The notes under the pieces: generated by a model
What the model saw: the letters and a program-made list of their open reading frames with translations, nothing else
Told to the model about the DNA's origin: nothing
Databases searched by the model: none
Assembly: GCF_003334785.1 (NCBI RefSeq)
Contig: NZ_QOWV01000003.1
Length of the DNA stretch: 64,000 nt
Strand: one strand, 5' to 3'
Source: Escherichia coli
GTDB lineage: Bacteria > Pseudomonadota > Gammaproteobacteria > Enterobacterales > Enterobacteriaceae
Program-made: the position numbers and the translations under genes
Part shown: positions 32,698-43,768 of the stretch, piece by piece
Layout: the number at the start of each line of letters is the position of its first letter
Position numbering within the stretch: position 1 is the first letter of the stretch

Positions 32698-34110
32698 ATG
32701 GTAGATCAGGTAAAAGTCGTTGCCGATGATCAGGCTCCGGCTGAACAGTCGCTACGGCGCAATCTCACAAACCGACATATTCAGCTTATTGCCATTGGCG
32801 GTGCCATTGGTACGGGGTTGTTTATGGGGTCTGGCAAAACGATTAGCCTTGCCGGGCCGTCGATCATTTTCGTTTATATGATCATCGGTTTTATGCTCTT
32901 TTTCGTGATGCGGGCAATGGGGGAATTGCTGCTTTCGAATCTGGAATACAAATCTTTTAGTGACTTCGCTTCCGATTTACTCGGGCCGTGGGCAGGATAT
33001 TTCACCGGCTGGACTTACTGGTTCTGCTGGGTTGTAACCGGTATGGCAGACGTGGTGGCGATCACTGCTTATGCTCAGTTCTGGTTCCCCGATCTCTCCG
33101 ACTGGGTCGCCTCGCTGGCGGTGATAGTGCTGCTGTTGACGCTCAACCTTGCCACCGTGAAAATGTTCGGTGAGATGGAGTTCTGGTTTGCGATGATCAA
33201 AATCGTCGCCATCGTGTCGCTGATTGTCGTCGGCCTGGTCATGGTGGCGATGCACTTTCAGTCACCGACCGGTGTGGAAGCGTCATTCGCGCATTTGTGG
33301 AATGACGGCGGCTGGTTCCCGAAAGGTTTAAGTGGCTTCTTTGCCGGATTCCAGATAGCGGTTTTCGCTTTCGTGGGGATTGAGCTGGTAGGTACAACAG
33401 CTGCGGAAACCAAAGATCCGGAGAAATCACTGCCACGCGCGATTAACTCCATTCCGATCCGTATCATTATGTTCTACGTCTTCGCGCTGATTGTGATTAT
33501 GTCCGTGACGCCGTGGAGTTCGGTAGTCCCGGAGAAAAGCCCGTTTGTTGAACTGTTCGTGTTGGTAGGGCTGCCTGCTGCCGCAAGCGTGATCAACTTT
33601 GTGGTGCTGACCTCTGCGGCGTCTTCCGCTAACAGCGGCGTCTTCTCTACCAGCCGTATGCTGTTTGGTCTGGCGCAGGAAGGTGTGGCACCGAAAGCGT
33701 TCGCTAAACTTTCTAAGCGCGCAGTACCAGCGAAAGGGCTGACCTTCTCCTGCATCTGCCTGCTCGGTGGCGTGGTGATGCTGTATGTGAATCCTAGCGT
33801 GATTGGCGCGTTCACGATGATTACAACCGTTTCCGCGATTCTGTTTATGTTCGTCTGGACGATTATCCTTTGCTCGTACCTGGTTTACCGCAAACAGCGT
33901 CCTCATCTGCATGAGAAGTCGATCTACAAGATGCCGCTCGGCAAGCTGATGTGCTGGGTATGTATGGCGTTCTTTGTGTTCGTGGTCGTGTTGCTGACAC
34001 TGGAAGATGACACTCGCCAGGCGCTGTTGGTCACCCCGCTGTGGTTTATCGCACTGGGGCTGGGCTGGTTGTTTATTGGTAAGAAGCGGGCTGCTGAACT
34101 GCGGAAATAA
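32698..34110 (+). CDS. cycA: D-serine/D-alanine/glycine:H+ symporter (APC family)
   Basis: 470-aa polytopic ORF recognised as CycA. Confidence 0.93.
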   Translation: MVDQVKVVADDQAPAEQSLRRNLTNRHIQLIAIGGAIGTGLFMGSGKTISLAGPSIIFVYMIIGFMLFFVMRAMGELLLSNLEYKSFSDFASDLLGPWAGYFTGWTYWFCWVVTGMADVVAITAYAQFWFPDLSDWVASLAVIVLLLTLNLATVKMFGEMEFWFAMIKIVAIVSLIVVGLVMVAMHFQSPTGVEASFAHLWNDGGWFPKGLSGFFAGFQIAVFAFVGIELVGTTAAETKDPEKSLPRAINSIPIRIIMFYVFALIVIMSVTPWSSVVPEKSPFVELFVLVGLPAAASVINFVVLTSAASSANSGVFSTSRMLFGLAQEGVAPKAFAKLSKRAVPAKGLTFSCICLLGGVVMLYVNPSVIGAFTMITTVSAILFMFVWTIILCSYLVYRKQRPHLHEKSIYKMPLGKLMCWVCMAFFVFVVVLLTLEDDTRQALLVTPLWFIALGLGWLFIGKKRAAELRK

Positions 34111-34122
34111 CCGCATTATCAT

Positions 34123-34152
34123 GCTGGATGGCGCAATGCCATCCAGCTTTTA
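34123..34152 (+). terminator. rho-independent terminator after cycA
   Basis: 10-bp stem GCTGGATGGC/GCCATCCAGC with 5-nt loop followed by TTTT. Confidence 0.75.
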
Positions 34153-34154
34153 GA

Positions 34155-34817
34155 TTACTCACCCGCCAGCGCGCGTGGGAACAGTACATTGTTTTCCAGA
34201 CTGATGTGATCCATCAGGTCATCAATCAGTTCATTAATGCCGTTATACATCGCTTTCCAGGTGGTGCAGGCTTCTGGCGGCGGTGTGACGTTATTGGTAG
34301 TGTGTTTGATCACTTCCAGCAGTTCGCCCGCTTCATCGTGCTCGCTTTCCATTACGCTGATTGGCCCCATTGCCTGGCTGCCCATGCCTTGTTTGATCAT
34401 CGGGAAGAGGATCTGCTCTTCTTTCATCATGTGGCTGGAAAGCTCTTCATGCAGCATGGTCAGGTATTTTGTCAGCCCTTTTGGCACGCTCGGTTTGTCG
34501 GCGTGAACGCGCTCGACTTTAGTCGCTTGCAGGATCAGCTCCGGCAGTTGCTCGCGGTGACGATCGTGGTAGCGCACGATGATATGGTCGATGATTTCTG
34601 CCAGCGGGGCGCTACGCCAGTCTTTCTCAATCGGTTGTTCAGCAAGCTTTGCCAGCTCAGCTTCAATGACCTCAACATCCAGTTCTTTACGTGCCGCCGC
34701 ACGCGCCAGCGTTTGCTTACCGCCGCAGCAGTAATCCATATCATATTTACGAAACAGAGCCGAAGCGCGAGGGATAGAGAGCGCCAGTTCACCTAAAGGT
34801 TGGTCGCGATAAGCCAT
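34155..34817 (-). CDS. ytfE: iron-sulfur cluster repair di-iron protein (RIC)
   Basis: 220-aa ORF recognised as YtfE. Confidence 0.92.
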   Translation of the reverse strand: MAYRDQPLGELALSIPRASALFRKYDMDYCCGGKQTLARAAARKELDVEVIEAELAKLAEQPIEKDWRSAPLAEIIDHIIVRYHDRHREQLPELILQATKVERVHADKPSVPKGLTKYLTMLHEELSSHMMKEEQILFPMIKQGMGSQAMGPISVMESEHDEAGELLEVIKHTTNNVTPPPEACTTWKAMYNGINELIDDLMDHISLENNVLFPRALAGE

Positions 34818-34838
34818 AGCTGATACCTCATTCTTAAT

Positions 34839-34866
34839 AAGATAAGGTGTATTTTAAATGCATCTT
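34839..34866. promoter_or_regulatory. NsrR operator-like inverted repeat in ytfE promoter (AAGATAAGGTGTATTTTAAATGCATCTT)
   Basis: AT-rich imperfect palindrome 22-50 bp upstream of ytfE start; ytfE is an established NsrR target. Confidence 0.55.
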
Positions 34867-34924
34867 TAAGGCAAATGCTATAACCCTTACGTAGCAGAGG
34901 CTTATTTAACTCACTGCCAGTATG

Positions 34925-35899
34925 TCAACTTTCTGAGACAGATTCAGTTAAAGGCTTTTCCGGTTTTGCTCTGACTGCAATGACCACGCCAACCACTAAC
35001 AGCGCGATACCGCTCAGCGTCATCAGCGGCGGCATTTGCTGGCGTATCAAAAAGGTGTACAGCAAACCTGCCAGTGTTTCGAAAACGATCAGCGGCCCGA
35101 GAATCACTGTCGGTAATCGCTGGCTGGCGACGTTCCAGCAGAGTGCGCCAACCCATGAGCAAAGCACGGCTATCGCAACCATCAGACTAATAAACACCAG
35201 CGGACGGGGGCCAAAAGGTAAGGAGAAGTCCGGCGTTTGTATATTCAGCCAGTAACAGGCGACGAGATAGCCGATGAGAGAAACCGGCAGCGTGACCAGC
35301 GCCTGCGCCGTCGCCCACATCATCGGATGTTTGTCGGGATTTTCCCGCAGCCAGCGGGCGTTGCGCAGGGCATACCATGCCCAGCAGACCACGGAAACTA
35401 ACGCTAGCACGATGCCAGAGGTATAACGTGCCCAGTCAAAATCGGGGAGTCCGTGGTTTAACTCAGCAATATTCACACACGCCAGGCCGATGCCAATACA
35501 AATCAGTGCCGGGGCGAGTTTTCCCCACGCGAGTTTGCCGTCGCGCTGGCTATAAAGCAGATTGGCAAAGACAGGAATGACCACCGGCAGGGTGCCAATA
35601 ATCATCGTAGAAACAGGCGCGCCAGTACGTTGAATGGCACTGGCAAGGCAGAAGTAATAGATGAGGTTGCCCATCATAGTGAGCATCAAGGCGGTAAGCC
35701 AGTCGCGACGCGCCAACTGACGCAGACGCACGCGTCCCAGCCAGGCAATGGGTAGCGCAATTAACCCTAACGCCAGATAACGCCCCATCGACTGCAACAT
35801 CGCCGGGTATTCCGGCACGATCAACGGCCCGACAAAAATAAGCCCCCACATCAACCCTGCTAACAGGGCGTACAGCACGCCGCTAATCATTACTGGCAT
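34925..35899 (-). CDS. ytfF: DMT/EamA-family inner membrane transporter
   Basis: 324-aa hydrophobic ORF recognised as YtfF. Confidence 0.85.
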   Translation of the reverse strand: MPVMISGVLYALLAGLMWGLIFVGPLIVPEYPAMLQSMGRYLALGLIALPIAWLGRVRLRQLARRDWLTALMLTMMGNLIYYFCLASAIQRTGAPVSTMIIGTLPVVIPVFANLLYSQRDGKLAWGKLAPALICIGIGLACVNIAELNHGLPDFDWARYTSGIVLALVSVVCWAWYALRNARWLRENPDKHPMMWATAQALVTLPVSLIGYLVACYWLNIQTPDFSLPFGPRPLVFISLMVAIAVLCSWVGALCWNVASQRLPTVILGPLIVFETLAGLLYTFLIRQQMPPLMTLSGIALLVVGVVIAVRAKPEKPLTESVSES

Positions 35900-35998
35900 C
35901 CATTGGTCTGTCAGAAGAAACGTTCAGGAAGCAGACATGATTGCTCCCGGCATCCCGTCATTATCAGAGAGGATGCGGGAGGATGCCACTTTAATTAA

Positions 35999-36859
35999 CT
36001 ATTTATTAACATTAAAAAGATGGCTTACGCTTTCGGCTAACGTTGTCGTTGGGCGGCCAATCAATTTGCTCAGCGTTTTGCTGTCATCAAACAGACCGCC
36101 TTTCGATGCGCCAACGTCAGAATCCGCCAGCATATCCGCCAGTCCGTCAGGCAGGCCAACGCTTTTCAGCGCCGCAGCGAAATCGGTTTCGCTCAGATTT
36201 TGATAGGTAACCTGTTTGCCGCTCTGTTTGGTCAGCTCTGCCGCTAACTGTGTCAACGTCCAGGCACTATCGCCCGCCAGCTCGTAAACCTTGCCTTCGT
36301 GACCGGCTTCGCTAATCACGCGTGCCGCAGCTGCCGCATAATCTGCCCGCGTTGCCGAGGCAATTTTGCCATCGCCCGCGGCACCGATAAATACGCCGTG
36401 CTCCAGTGCTGCCGGGGCGCTGGCGAGATAGTTTTCGGTGTACCAGCCGTTGCGCAGCAGGGTGTAAACGATGCCAGAATCAGCCAACATTTTCTCCGTC
36501 TCGATGTGCTCATCGGCGAGGCCGAGCGGAGATTTATCCGCGTGAAGCAGACTGGTATAAGCGATAAATTTCACGCCAGCCGTCTTTGCGGCATTAATAA
36601 CATTACGATGCTGCGGGGCACGTTGACCCACTTCGCTGGAAGAGATCAGCAGTAGTTTTTCCACTCCCTGAAGTGCAGATGTCAGTGCGGCTTCATCGCC
36701 GTAGTCAGCCTGACGCACGGTAATGCCTTGTGCTGTCAGTGCCTGGGCTTTTGCCGGATTACGAACGATAGCCACTATTTGGCTGGCAGGAACCGTTTTC
36801 ATCAAGGATTTAATAACATAGTGACCAAGTTGGCCAGTGGCACCAGTAATAGCGATCAT
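35999..36859 (-). CDS. ytfG: NAD(P)H:quinone oxidoreductase (NmrA-like)
   Basis: 286-aa ORF with N-terminal Rossmann motif (ITGATGQLG); recognised as YtfG/QorB. Confidence 0.9.
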   Translation of the reverse strand: MIAITGATGQLGHYVIKSLMKTVPASQIVAIVRNPAKAQALTAQGITVRQADYGDEAALTSALQGVEKLLLISSSEVGQRAPQHRNVINAAKTAGVKFIAYTSLLHADKSPLGLADEHIETEKMLADSGIVYTLLRNGWYTENYLASAPAALEHGVFIGAAGDGKIASATRADYAAAAARVISEAGHEGKVYELAGDSAWTLTQLAAELTKQSGKQVTYQNLSETDFAAALKSVGLPDGLADMLADSDVGASKGGLFDDSKTLSKLIGRPTTTLAESVSHLFNVNK

Positions 36860-36907
36860 GGGAAGTCTCCATCGTTTTGTCTTGTGTTTAAATACGCTAA
36901 CACCTAA

Positions 36908-36943
36908 ACTTACTTTTAGTAAGTACGTACAAAAAGGTAAGTA
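36908..36943. promoter_or_regulatory. candidate HxlR-type operator repeats in ytfG-ytfH divergent region (ACTTAC-N5-GTAAGT, GTACGTAC, second GTAAGTA)
   Basis: Inverted/direct repeats of TACTTAC/GTAAGTA read from sequence just upstream of ytfH start. Confidence 0.3.
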
Positions 36944-36947
36944 TGAA

Positions 36948-37328
36948 ATGAGTCAGGTTAGCCTGTCACAACAACTGAAAGAGGGTAATCTCTTTGCGGA
37001 ACAGTGCCCGTCGCGCGAGGTGTTGAAACACGTCACCAGCCGTTGGGGGGTGTTGATTCTGGTGGCGCTACGCGAAGGTACTCATCGCTTTAGCGACCTG
37101 CGGCGCAAAATCGGTGGGGTGAGTGAAAAGATGCTTGCGCAGTCGTTACAGGCGTTAGAACAGGATGGTTTTCTTAACCGTATCGCGTATCCGGTGGTGC
37201 CGCCGCATGTGGAATATAGCCTCACGCCGCTGGGCGAGCAGGTGAGCGAAAAGGTTGCTGCACTGGCGGACTGGATTGAGTTGAATTTGCCCGAGGTGTT
37301 GGCGGTGCGGGATGAACGTGCGGCATAA
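36948..37328 (+). CDS. ytfH: HxlR-family transcriptional regulator
   Basis: 126-aa product from ATG 36948; ORF-track start at 36837 is an extension; recognised as YtfH. Confidence 0.88.
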   Translation: MSQVSLSQQLKEGNLFAEQCPSREVLKHVTSRWGVLILVALREGTHRFSDLRRKIGGVSEKMLAQSLQALEQDGFLNRIAYPVVPPHVEYSLTPLGEQVSEKVAALADWIELNLPEVLAVRDERAA

Positions 37329-37330
37329 CT

Positions 37331-37440
37331 GCCGGCTGCGCTTATCCGGCCTACGGTTCATGACTTGTAGGGCGGATAAGATGCGCCAGCATCGCATCCG
37401 ACAAAAGTGCCGGATGCGGTTGATGATTTATAGGCCGAAA
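37331..37440. repeat. REP/BIME cluster between ytfH and cpdB
   Basis: Multiple REP-like units (GCCGGCTGCGCTTATCCGGCCTAC ... GCCGGATGCGG). Confidence 0.7.
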
Positions 37441-37450
37441 AAGAAGTGTA

Positions 37451-39394
37451 TTACTTACTCAAATCCACCTGATAAATCGCAAACCCGATATCATCGGTCG
37501 CGACTTTATTCATCGGATATTGCCCTTTCTCTTTAATAAACGCCGCGGCTTTATCTGATGGAGAGGTTTCGAAACGGATATCCAGTTTCTTATCGCCAGC
37601 TATCGGTGCTAAACGCCAGTTGTTATCTGCCGCCGGGTGAATTTCCCCCGCACGTTTCGACTCATCAGCAATCCACGCTGCCAGCACCGAGCGGTTCTCA
37701 TCCGGTGAAGCAAAAGCGATATGGCTGTCGCCCGTACCGGCAAATTTGCCGCCGTAAGCGCGATAGTTATTGGTGGCAACCAGGAACATGGCGTTCGGAT
37801 CAATCGGCTTGCCATTAAAGGTCAGGTTCTTAATCCTTTCCGCATTGGCATTAACCATCTGGCACTCGCCGTCATAACGGGCAGGCTGGGTAACATCAAT
37901 CTGATAATTCACACCATCAATCACATCAAAGTTATAGGTGCGGAAACCATCCCAGTTGATGAGTGACTGTGGTTTCGTGTTGTCAGGATCAATCTGGTTA
38001 AACTGTCCGGCGGAGCACTCCAGCCACTCTTTCACCTCTTTACCGCTGGCTTTCACCACAATCAGCGTATTGGGGTAGAGATAAAGATCGGCGGCATTAC
38101 GGAAGGTCAACTGGCCTTTTTCCACCTCCACATAGCTTGCCGGATCATTTTTGCGACCACCAACTTTAAACGGTGCAGCAGCTGAAAGCACCGGCAGTTT
38201 TGCCAGATCCGGATCGCCCTGAATGTAATGCTCGACATACGCTTTTTGCGCGTTGTTCACCACCTGCACGGTCGGATCGTCCTGCACCAGCGCCAGATAG
38301 CTATACATATTGTCGGCGGATTTACCGATTGGCTTGCTGACGAACTGGCGTGTGGCATCGTGATCGGCTTTGAGTGTTTCTACCAGCTTGCTGTCTTCCG
38401 CCGCGAGGGATTTTTTATTGGCGATGTCGTAAATCGGCCGTGCTTCCGCTTTCGCCTGCGTCACCTGCCATTTACCGCTGTTATTACTGAGTTGTAAGTC
38501 GACCACCCCAAGATGATCGCCCCACATGCCCGGCATTACCGCCGGAACACCATTCAGCGTGCCTTTCGCGATATCAGCCCCTTCGATATCAGCAAAATCT
38601 TTACCTGGGAAAACGGCGTGAGCATGGCCAAACATAATGGCGTTAACGCCAGGAATTTCACTGAGGTAATAAACTGAGTTTTCCGCCATCACTTTATACG
38701 GATCGGCAGATAGCCCGGAATGCGCCAGAACGACAACGACATCGGCACCTTTCTCGCGCATTTCAGGCACGTATTTGCGCACGGTTTCGGTAATATCATT
38801 CACCGTCACTTTTCCGGATAAATTAGCTTTATCCCAGCCCATGATTTGCGGCGGCACGACGCCAATATAGCCAATCTTCAGCGTCTGTTTTTTTCCGTCT
38901 TTATCGACCACTTCGGTATCTTTAATTAAATACGGTGTAAACATTGGCTGTTTGGTTCTGGCGTCAATGACGTTGGCATTTACATAAGGGAATTTCGCTC
39001 CCGCCAACGCATTTTTCAGGTAATCCAGACCGTAGTTAAATTCATGATTGCCGAGTGTACCGACCGTATAATCCAGCGTATTCAGCGCCTTATAAACCGG
39101 ATGAACATCACCTGCTTTTAATCCTTTCGCCGATATGTAATCGGCCAGCGGACTCCCCTGAATCAAATCGCCGTTATCGACCAGTACGCTGTTTTTCACT
39201 TCATTGCGGGCATCGTTAATCAGGCTTGCCGTACGTACCAGTCCGAATTTTTCCGTGGCGGTGTCTTTGTAATAATCGAAATCCATCATGTTGCTATGCA
39301 GATCAGTGGTTTCCATGATACGTAGATCGACCGTCGCTGCATTCACACTGGCGGCAATCAGCGTGGCCAGGAGCGTTGCGCTAAACTTAATCAT
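37451..39394 (-). CDS. cpdB: 2',3'-cyclic-nucleotide 2'-phosphodiesterase / 3'-nucleotidase (periplasmic)
   Basis: 647-aa product with signal peptide; recognised as CpdB. Confidence 0.92.
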   Translation of the reverse strand: MIKFSATLLATLIAASVNAATVDLRIMETTDLHSNMMDFDYYKDTATEKFGLVRTASLINDARNEVKNSVLVDNGDLIQGSPLADYISAKGLKAGDVHPVYKALNTLDYTVGTLGNHEFNYGLDYLKNALAGAKFPYVNANVIDARTKQPMFTPYLIKDTEVVDKDGKKQTLKIGYIGVVPPQIMGWDKANLSGKVTVNDITETVRKYVPEMREKGADVVVVLAHSGLSADPYKVMAENSVYYLSEIPGVNAIMFGHAHAVFPGKDFADIEGADIAKGTLNGVPAVMPGMWGDHLGVVDLQLSNNSGKWQVTQAKAEARPIYDIANKKSLAAEDSKLVETLKADHDATRQFVSKPIGKSADNMYSYLALVQDDPTVQVVNNAQKAYVEHYIQGDPDLAKLPVLSAAAPFKVGGRKNDPASYVEVEKGQLTFRNAADLYLYPNTLIVVKASGKEVKEWLECSAGQFNQIDPDNTKPQSLINWDGFRTYNFDVIDGVNYQIDVTQPARYDGECQMVNANAERIKNLTFNGKPIDPNAMFLVATNNYRAYGGKFAGTGDSHIAFASPDENRSVLAAWIADESKRAGEIHPAADNNWRLAPIAGDKKLDIRFETSPSDKAAAFIKEKGQYPMNKVATDDIGFAIYQVDLSK

Positions 39395-39583
39395 CAGGGA
39401 CATCCTTTTATCATCGGGAATACGAAAGAAAAGGGAGAATAAACGCCTTACTTATAGAACAGTGAAGAATGCCACAATTTTACGCTTTGAAAATGATGAC
39501 ACTATCACAGTTGGCGCATTCATTAACGATAGGGTATAAGTAAAACAATAAGTTAACACCGCTCACAGAGACGAGGTGGAGAA

Positions 39584-40324
39584 ATGTTAGATCAAGTATG
39601 CCAGCTTGCACGGAATGCAGGCGATGCCATTATGCAGGTCTACGACGGGACGAAACCGATGGACGTCGTCAGCAAAGCGGACAATTCTCCGGTAACGGCA
39701 GCGGATATTGCCGCTCACACCGTTATCATGGACGGTTTACGTACGCTGACACCGGATATTCCGGTCCTTTCTGAAGAAGATCCTCCCGGTTGGGAAGTCC
39801 GTCAGCACTGGCAGCGTTACTGGCTGGTAGACCCGCTGGATGGTACTAAAGAGTTTATTAAACGTAATGGCGAATTCACCGTTAACATTGCGCTCATTGA
39901 CCATGGCAAACCGATTTTAGGTGTGGTGTATGCGCCGGTAATGAACATAATGTACAGCGCGGCAGAAGGCAAGGCCTGGAAAGAAGAGTGCGGTGTGCGC
40001 AAGCAGATTCAGGTCCGCGATGCGCGCCCGCCGCTGGTGGTTATCAGCCGTTCCCATGCAGATGCGGAGCTGAAAGAGTATCTGCAACAGCTTGGCGAAC
40101 ATCAGACCACGTCCATCGGCTCTTCGCTGAAATTCTGCCTGGTGGCGGAAGGGCAGGCGCAGCTGTACCCGCGCTTCGGACCAACGAATATTTGGGATAC
40201 CGCCGCTGGTCATGCTGTGGCTGCAGCTGCCGGAGCGCACGTTCATGACTGGCAGGGTAAACCGCTGGATTACACTCCGCGCGAGTCGTTCCTGAATCCG
40301 GGATTCAGAGTGTCTATTTATTAA
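39584..40324 (+). CDS. cysQ: 3'(2'),5'-bisphosphate nucleotidase
   Basis: 246-aa ORF recognised as CysQ (WLVDPLDGT motif). Confidence 0.92.
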   Translation: MLDQVCQLARNAGDAIMQVYDGTKPMDVVSKADNSPVTAADIAAHTVIMDGLRTLTPDIPVLSEEDPPGWEVRQHWQRYWLVDPLDGTKEFIKRNGEFTVNIALIDHGKPILGVVYAPVMNIMYSAAEGKAWKEECGVRKQIQVRDARPPLVVISRSHADAELKEYLQQLGEHQTTSIGSSLKFCLVAEGQAQLYPRFGPTNIWDTAAGHAVAAAAGAHVHDWQGKPLDYTPRESFLNPGFRVSIY

Positions 40325-40871
40325 TTAATTTATGCAGCAGGTCCATCACTTGCTGCACCTCTTCCTGTGTGAGCGCCCCGTCTTTGGCCCATTGCACGCG
40401 ACCATCCTTATCCAGCACCACTACAGCGGAACTTTCTTCATCCAGCTGCCAGGCACCGCGCGCGACGCCATTGCTATCGACAATAAACTGCGACCAGGGA
40501 TAAAGCTTTTTATTACTCTCCAGACTGCTGCGCACAAACATCCCTGAACCCGGAATCGCGTCGTCGGTGTTAACAATGGTGGTGGTCTGGTAGCGATCGT
40601 GCGGTAACTTCGCTGATTTAATCGCTTCAATCAGCGTCGCGTTTTTCTCTTTTGCAGAGGTGCGACCAGCAATATGTTGCAGTACTCGCACTTTTCCCAC
40701 TAACTGTGCGCTGTTCCAGGTTTTGTAGCTAAACTGATCTTTATCAAGCACCAACTCGCCTCGATCGGTAATGCCAATCGGCGGCACTCGCTGACCGGTT
40801 TCGAACTGATGTGCGGAAGCCATCATCGGCAACAGCAGGCAGGTGAGTGCCAGAATCTTGCGTAGGGTCAT
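40314..40871 (-). CDS. ytfJ: periplasmic protein YtfJ
   Basis: 184/185-aa ORF with signal peptide recognised as YtfJ; 3' end overlaps cysQ 3' end by 11 bp. Confidence 0.88.
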   Translation of the reverse strand: MTLRKILALTCLLLPMMASAHQFETGQRVPPIGITDRGELVLDKDQFSYKTWNSAQLVGKVRVLQHIAGRTSAKEKNATLIEAIKSAKLPHDRYQTTTIVNTDDAIPGSGMFVRSSLESNKKLYPWSQFIVDSNGVARGAWQLDEESSAVVVLDKDGRVQWAKDGALTQEEVQQVMDLLHKLINK

Positions 40872-41195
40872 GGTGTTTCCTTCTTATGATATGCAGGTGA
40901 TCCGACCACTTGGGTCTGAGTTTTAATCATATGTGCTATTTATCGAATTTCCCGCAAGTGTGATGCCAGTTTGCGGTCAAGCGCACAAATCATATGAAAA
41001 ATGAATGCTTATACTGAAGACCGCGCTTCGGTAAAAAGATAATTCTGAATAATTGTAACCTTTAGGTAAAAAAAGTTATACGCGGTGGAAACATTGCCCG
41101 GATAGTCTATAGTCACTAAGCATTAAAATTTGCGCCTCATAATAGTTGGGCCGATTGTGGCACCGCACAGGCGTAATACTCAGCAGGAGATAACA

Positions 41196-41402
41196 ATGAA
41201 AATTTTCCAACGGTACAACCCACTTCAGGTGGCGAAGTACGTAAAGATCCTGTTCCGTGGACGGTTATACATCAAGGACGTTGGCGCTTTTGAATTTGAT
41301 AAGGGTAAGATTCTTATCCCAAAAGTGAAGGATAAGCTGCATTTGTCAGTGATGTCCGAAGTTAACCGTCAGGTTATGCGTCTGCAAACAGAGATGGCTT
41401 AA
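41196..41402 (+). CDS. ytfK: DUF1107-family small protein YtfK
   Basis: 68-aa product from ATG 41196 (AGGAGA RBS); ORF-track start at 41130 is an extension. Confidence 0.88.
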
Positions 41403-41427
41403 CCAAAGTGCTATGCAGTAATAAGAC

Positions 41428-41455
41428 GGCTCCTGATTCAGGAGCCGTTGATGTT
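41428..41455. terminator. hairpin GGCTCCTGA-T-TCAGGAGCC between convergent ytfK and ytfL (bidirectional terminator candidate)
   Basis: 9-bp perfect stem read from sequence, moderately T-rich flank. Confidence 0.65.
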
Positions 41456-41463
41456 TCTGGGGG

Positions 41464-42807
41464 TTACGCGACGCTTTCTTCTTTATCTTTAGCGTCAGGC
41501 AGTTTTGGCGAAAGGGCGGTGGCCTTGCTGTCGATCCGGGTCACCAGCAGCTGGTCGATGCGGTAGTTATCGATATCCACCACTTCAAATTTGTAGCCGG
41601 CGAATTTCACCGAATCGGTGCGTTTCGGGATCTTACGCAGCATAAACATCATAAAGCCGCCGATGGTTTCGTAGTTGCCCGACTGCGGGAACTCGTCAAT
41701 ATCCAGCACGCGCATGACGTCGTCAATTGGGGTGCCGCCGTCAATCAGCCATGAGTTCTCATCACGGGCGACAATCTGCTCTTCCAGCCCCTGACCGACT
41801 AGATCGCCCATCAGCGTGGTCATCACGTCATTGAGGGTGATGATCCCCACCACCAGCGCGTACTCGTTCATGATCACCGCGAAGTCTTCACCTGCGGTTT
41901 TAAAACTTTCCAACGCCTCTGAAAGGGTTAACGTATCCGGCACAATCAGCGTGTTGCGAATTTGTACGCCGCTGTTCAGTGCCAGGCTTTGGTTAGCCAG
42001 CACGCGGTTCAGCAGGTCTTTAGAATCGACATAGCCGATGATGTGGTCAATATCTTCATTACAGACGAGGAACTTAGAGTGCGGATGTTCCGCCACCTTA
42101 TTCTTCAGGCTTTGCTCATCTTCGTGGAGATCAAACCAAATCACGTTTTCACGCGGTGTCATTGACGACGGAACGGTACGGGATTCCAGCTCAAAGACGT
42201 TTTCAATCAGCTCGTGTTCCTGTTTACGTAACACGCCCGCCAGCGCACCGGCTTCCACTACCGCGTAGATGTCATCAGAAGTGATGTCATCTTTACGTAC
42301 CATTGGCAGTTTGAAAATACGGAAGATTATGTTCGCCAGTCCGTTGAAGAACCACACCAGCGGGGTGCAAACGTACAGGCAGAAGCGCATCGGGTTGATG
42401 ATACGCAAAGCGACAGCTTCTGGCGCAATCATACCGATGCGTTTCGGGGTTAAATCCGCAAACAGGATAAACATGCCAGTCACTAACGAGAAAGAGAGAA
42501 TAAAGCTCAGTTGCTCAGAGAGCTCTGCCGACATATAGCGGGAGAACAGGCTGTGAAAAGCTGGAGAAAATGCCGCATCACCGACGATACCGCCGAGAAT
42601 CGCCACTGCGTTCAGACCGATTTGGACCACGGTAAAGAACATGCCGGGATTTTCCTGCATATTCAGAACGCGTTGGGCATTTATATTGCCTTCATCAGCC
42701 AGCAGTTTAAGTTTGATTTTGCGTGAGGCGGCAAGTGAGATCTCGGACATCGAGAAGAACGCACTTACAGCGATCAAGCAGAGTATGACTAAAATACTGT
42801 TTAACAT
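41464..42807 (-). CDS. ytfL: CNNM/CorC-HlyC family inner membrane protein with CBS domains (YtfL; reported polyamine exporter PaeA)
   Basis: 447-aa ORF recognised as YtfL. Confidence 0.9.
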   Translation of the reverse strand: MLNSILVILCLIAVSAFFSMSEISLAASRKIKLKLLADEGNINAQRVLNMQENPGMFFTVVQIGLNAVAILGGIVGDAAFSPAFHSLFSRYMSAELSEQLSFILSFSLVTGMFILFADLTPKRIGMIAPEAVALRIINPMRFCLYVCTPLVWFFNGLANIIFRIFKLPMVRKDDITSDDIYAVVEAGALAGVLRKQEHELIENVFELESRTVPSSMTPRENVIWFDLHEDEQSLKNKVAEHPHSKFLVCNEDIDHIIGYVDSKDLLNRVLANQSLALNSGVQIRNTLIVPDTLTLSEALESFKTAGEDFAVIMNEYALVVGIITLNDVMTTLMGDLVGQGLEEQIVARDENSWLIDGGTPIDDVMRVLDIDEFPQSGNYETIGGFMMFMLRKIPKRTDSVKFAGYKFEVVDIDNYRIDQLLVTRIDSKATALSPKLPDAKDKEESVA

Positions 42808-42983
42808 ATCTTATCCGACCTTTCAGGCCAGATCCTCGGAAGGGGAAGTTGATTAATTTGTGTGAAATACAAATTGAAAGCCGATTCGAAGAAAGTGAAC
42901 CGGCATTTTCAGTGGCTAGTATAGCGTAAGGTACTGTAAAGTCGCCAGAGGGTTAAAATTCAGACTGCTGATAAATGCAATAC

Positions 42984-43084
42984 TGCCTGATGCGCTATGC
43001 CAATCAGGCCTACGCAGTCCTTGCAATATATTGAATTTGGACGATTTTGTAGGCCTGGTAAGGCGTTTACGCCGCATCTGGCAT
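42984..43084. repeat. REP-like elements between ytfL and msrA
   Basis: REP-like strings (CTGCCTGATGCGCTATGCCAATCAGGCCTAC; GTAGGCCTGGTAAGGCGTTTACGCCGCATCTGGCA). Confidence 0.65.
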
Positions 43085-43129
43085 AAATAAAGCGCACTTT
43101 ATCAACAATCTACATTTGTACCCGTAACG

Positions 43130-43768
43130 CTATGCTTCCGGTGGCAGACAGACGCCAATTCCGCCAATTCCACAGTAACCATACGGGTTTTTATGCAGAT
43201 ATTGCTGGTGGTCATCTTCGGCATAATAAAACGGTGTGGCGTTAGCGATTTCCGTGGTGATGTGACGATCATCATCGGCGGCAAGCATCGCCGCCTGAAA
43301 ACGTTCCAGACTGGCGCGAGCTGCGGCATCCTGTTCTGGGGTCAGCGGATAAATCGCTGAACGATACTGCGTGCCGTGGTCATTGCCCTGACGCATTCCC
43401 TGGGCGGGATCGTGATTCTCCCAAAATACCTGTAGCAACTGCTCATAGCTGATGACGGAAGGATCGTAAACAATGCGTACCGCTTCGGCATGACCCGTAT
43501 CACCGGAGCACACTTCCCGATAAGTCGGATTTGGCGTATAGCCTCCGGTATAGCCTGCGGCGGTGCTGTAAACGCCGGGTAACTGCCAGAACAGACGCTC
43601 CACACCCCAGAAACAACCCATCGCAAAAATGGCAATCTCCATTCCGTCAGGTACATTGGTCATTGAGTGACCGTTGACCGCATGCAGCGTGGCTACGGGC
43701 ATCGGGGTGTTACGTCCAGGCAGGGCATCGGCGGGGGAAACCAGATGCTTTTTATCAAATAAACTCAT
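43130..43768 (-). CDS. msrA: peptide methionine sulfoxide reductase A
   Basis: 212-aa product (GCFWG active-site motif); ORF-track start at 43834 is an extension. Confidence 0.92.

Noticed and set aside
33427-34122. 231-aa minus-strand ORF overlapping cycA
   Set aside because: Antisense to CycA; His/Arg/Gln-rich translation, no independent support.
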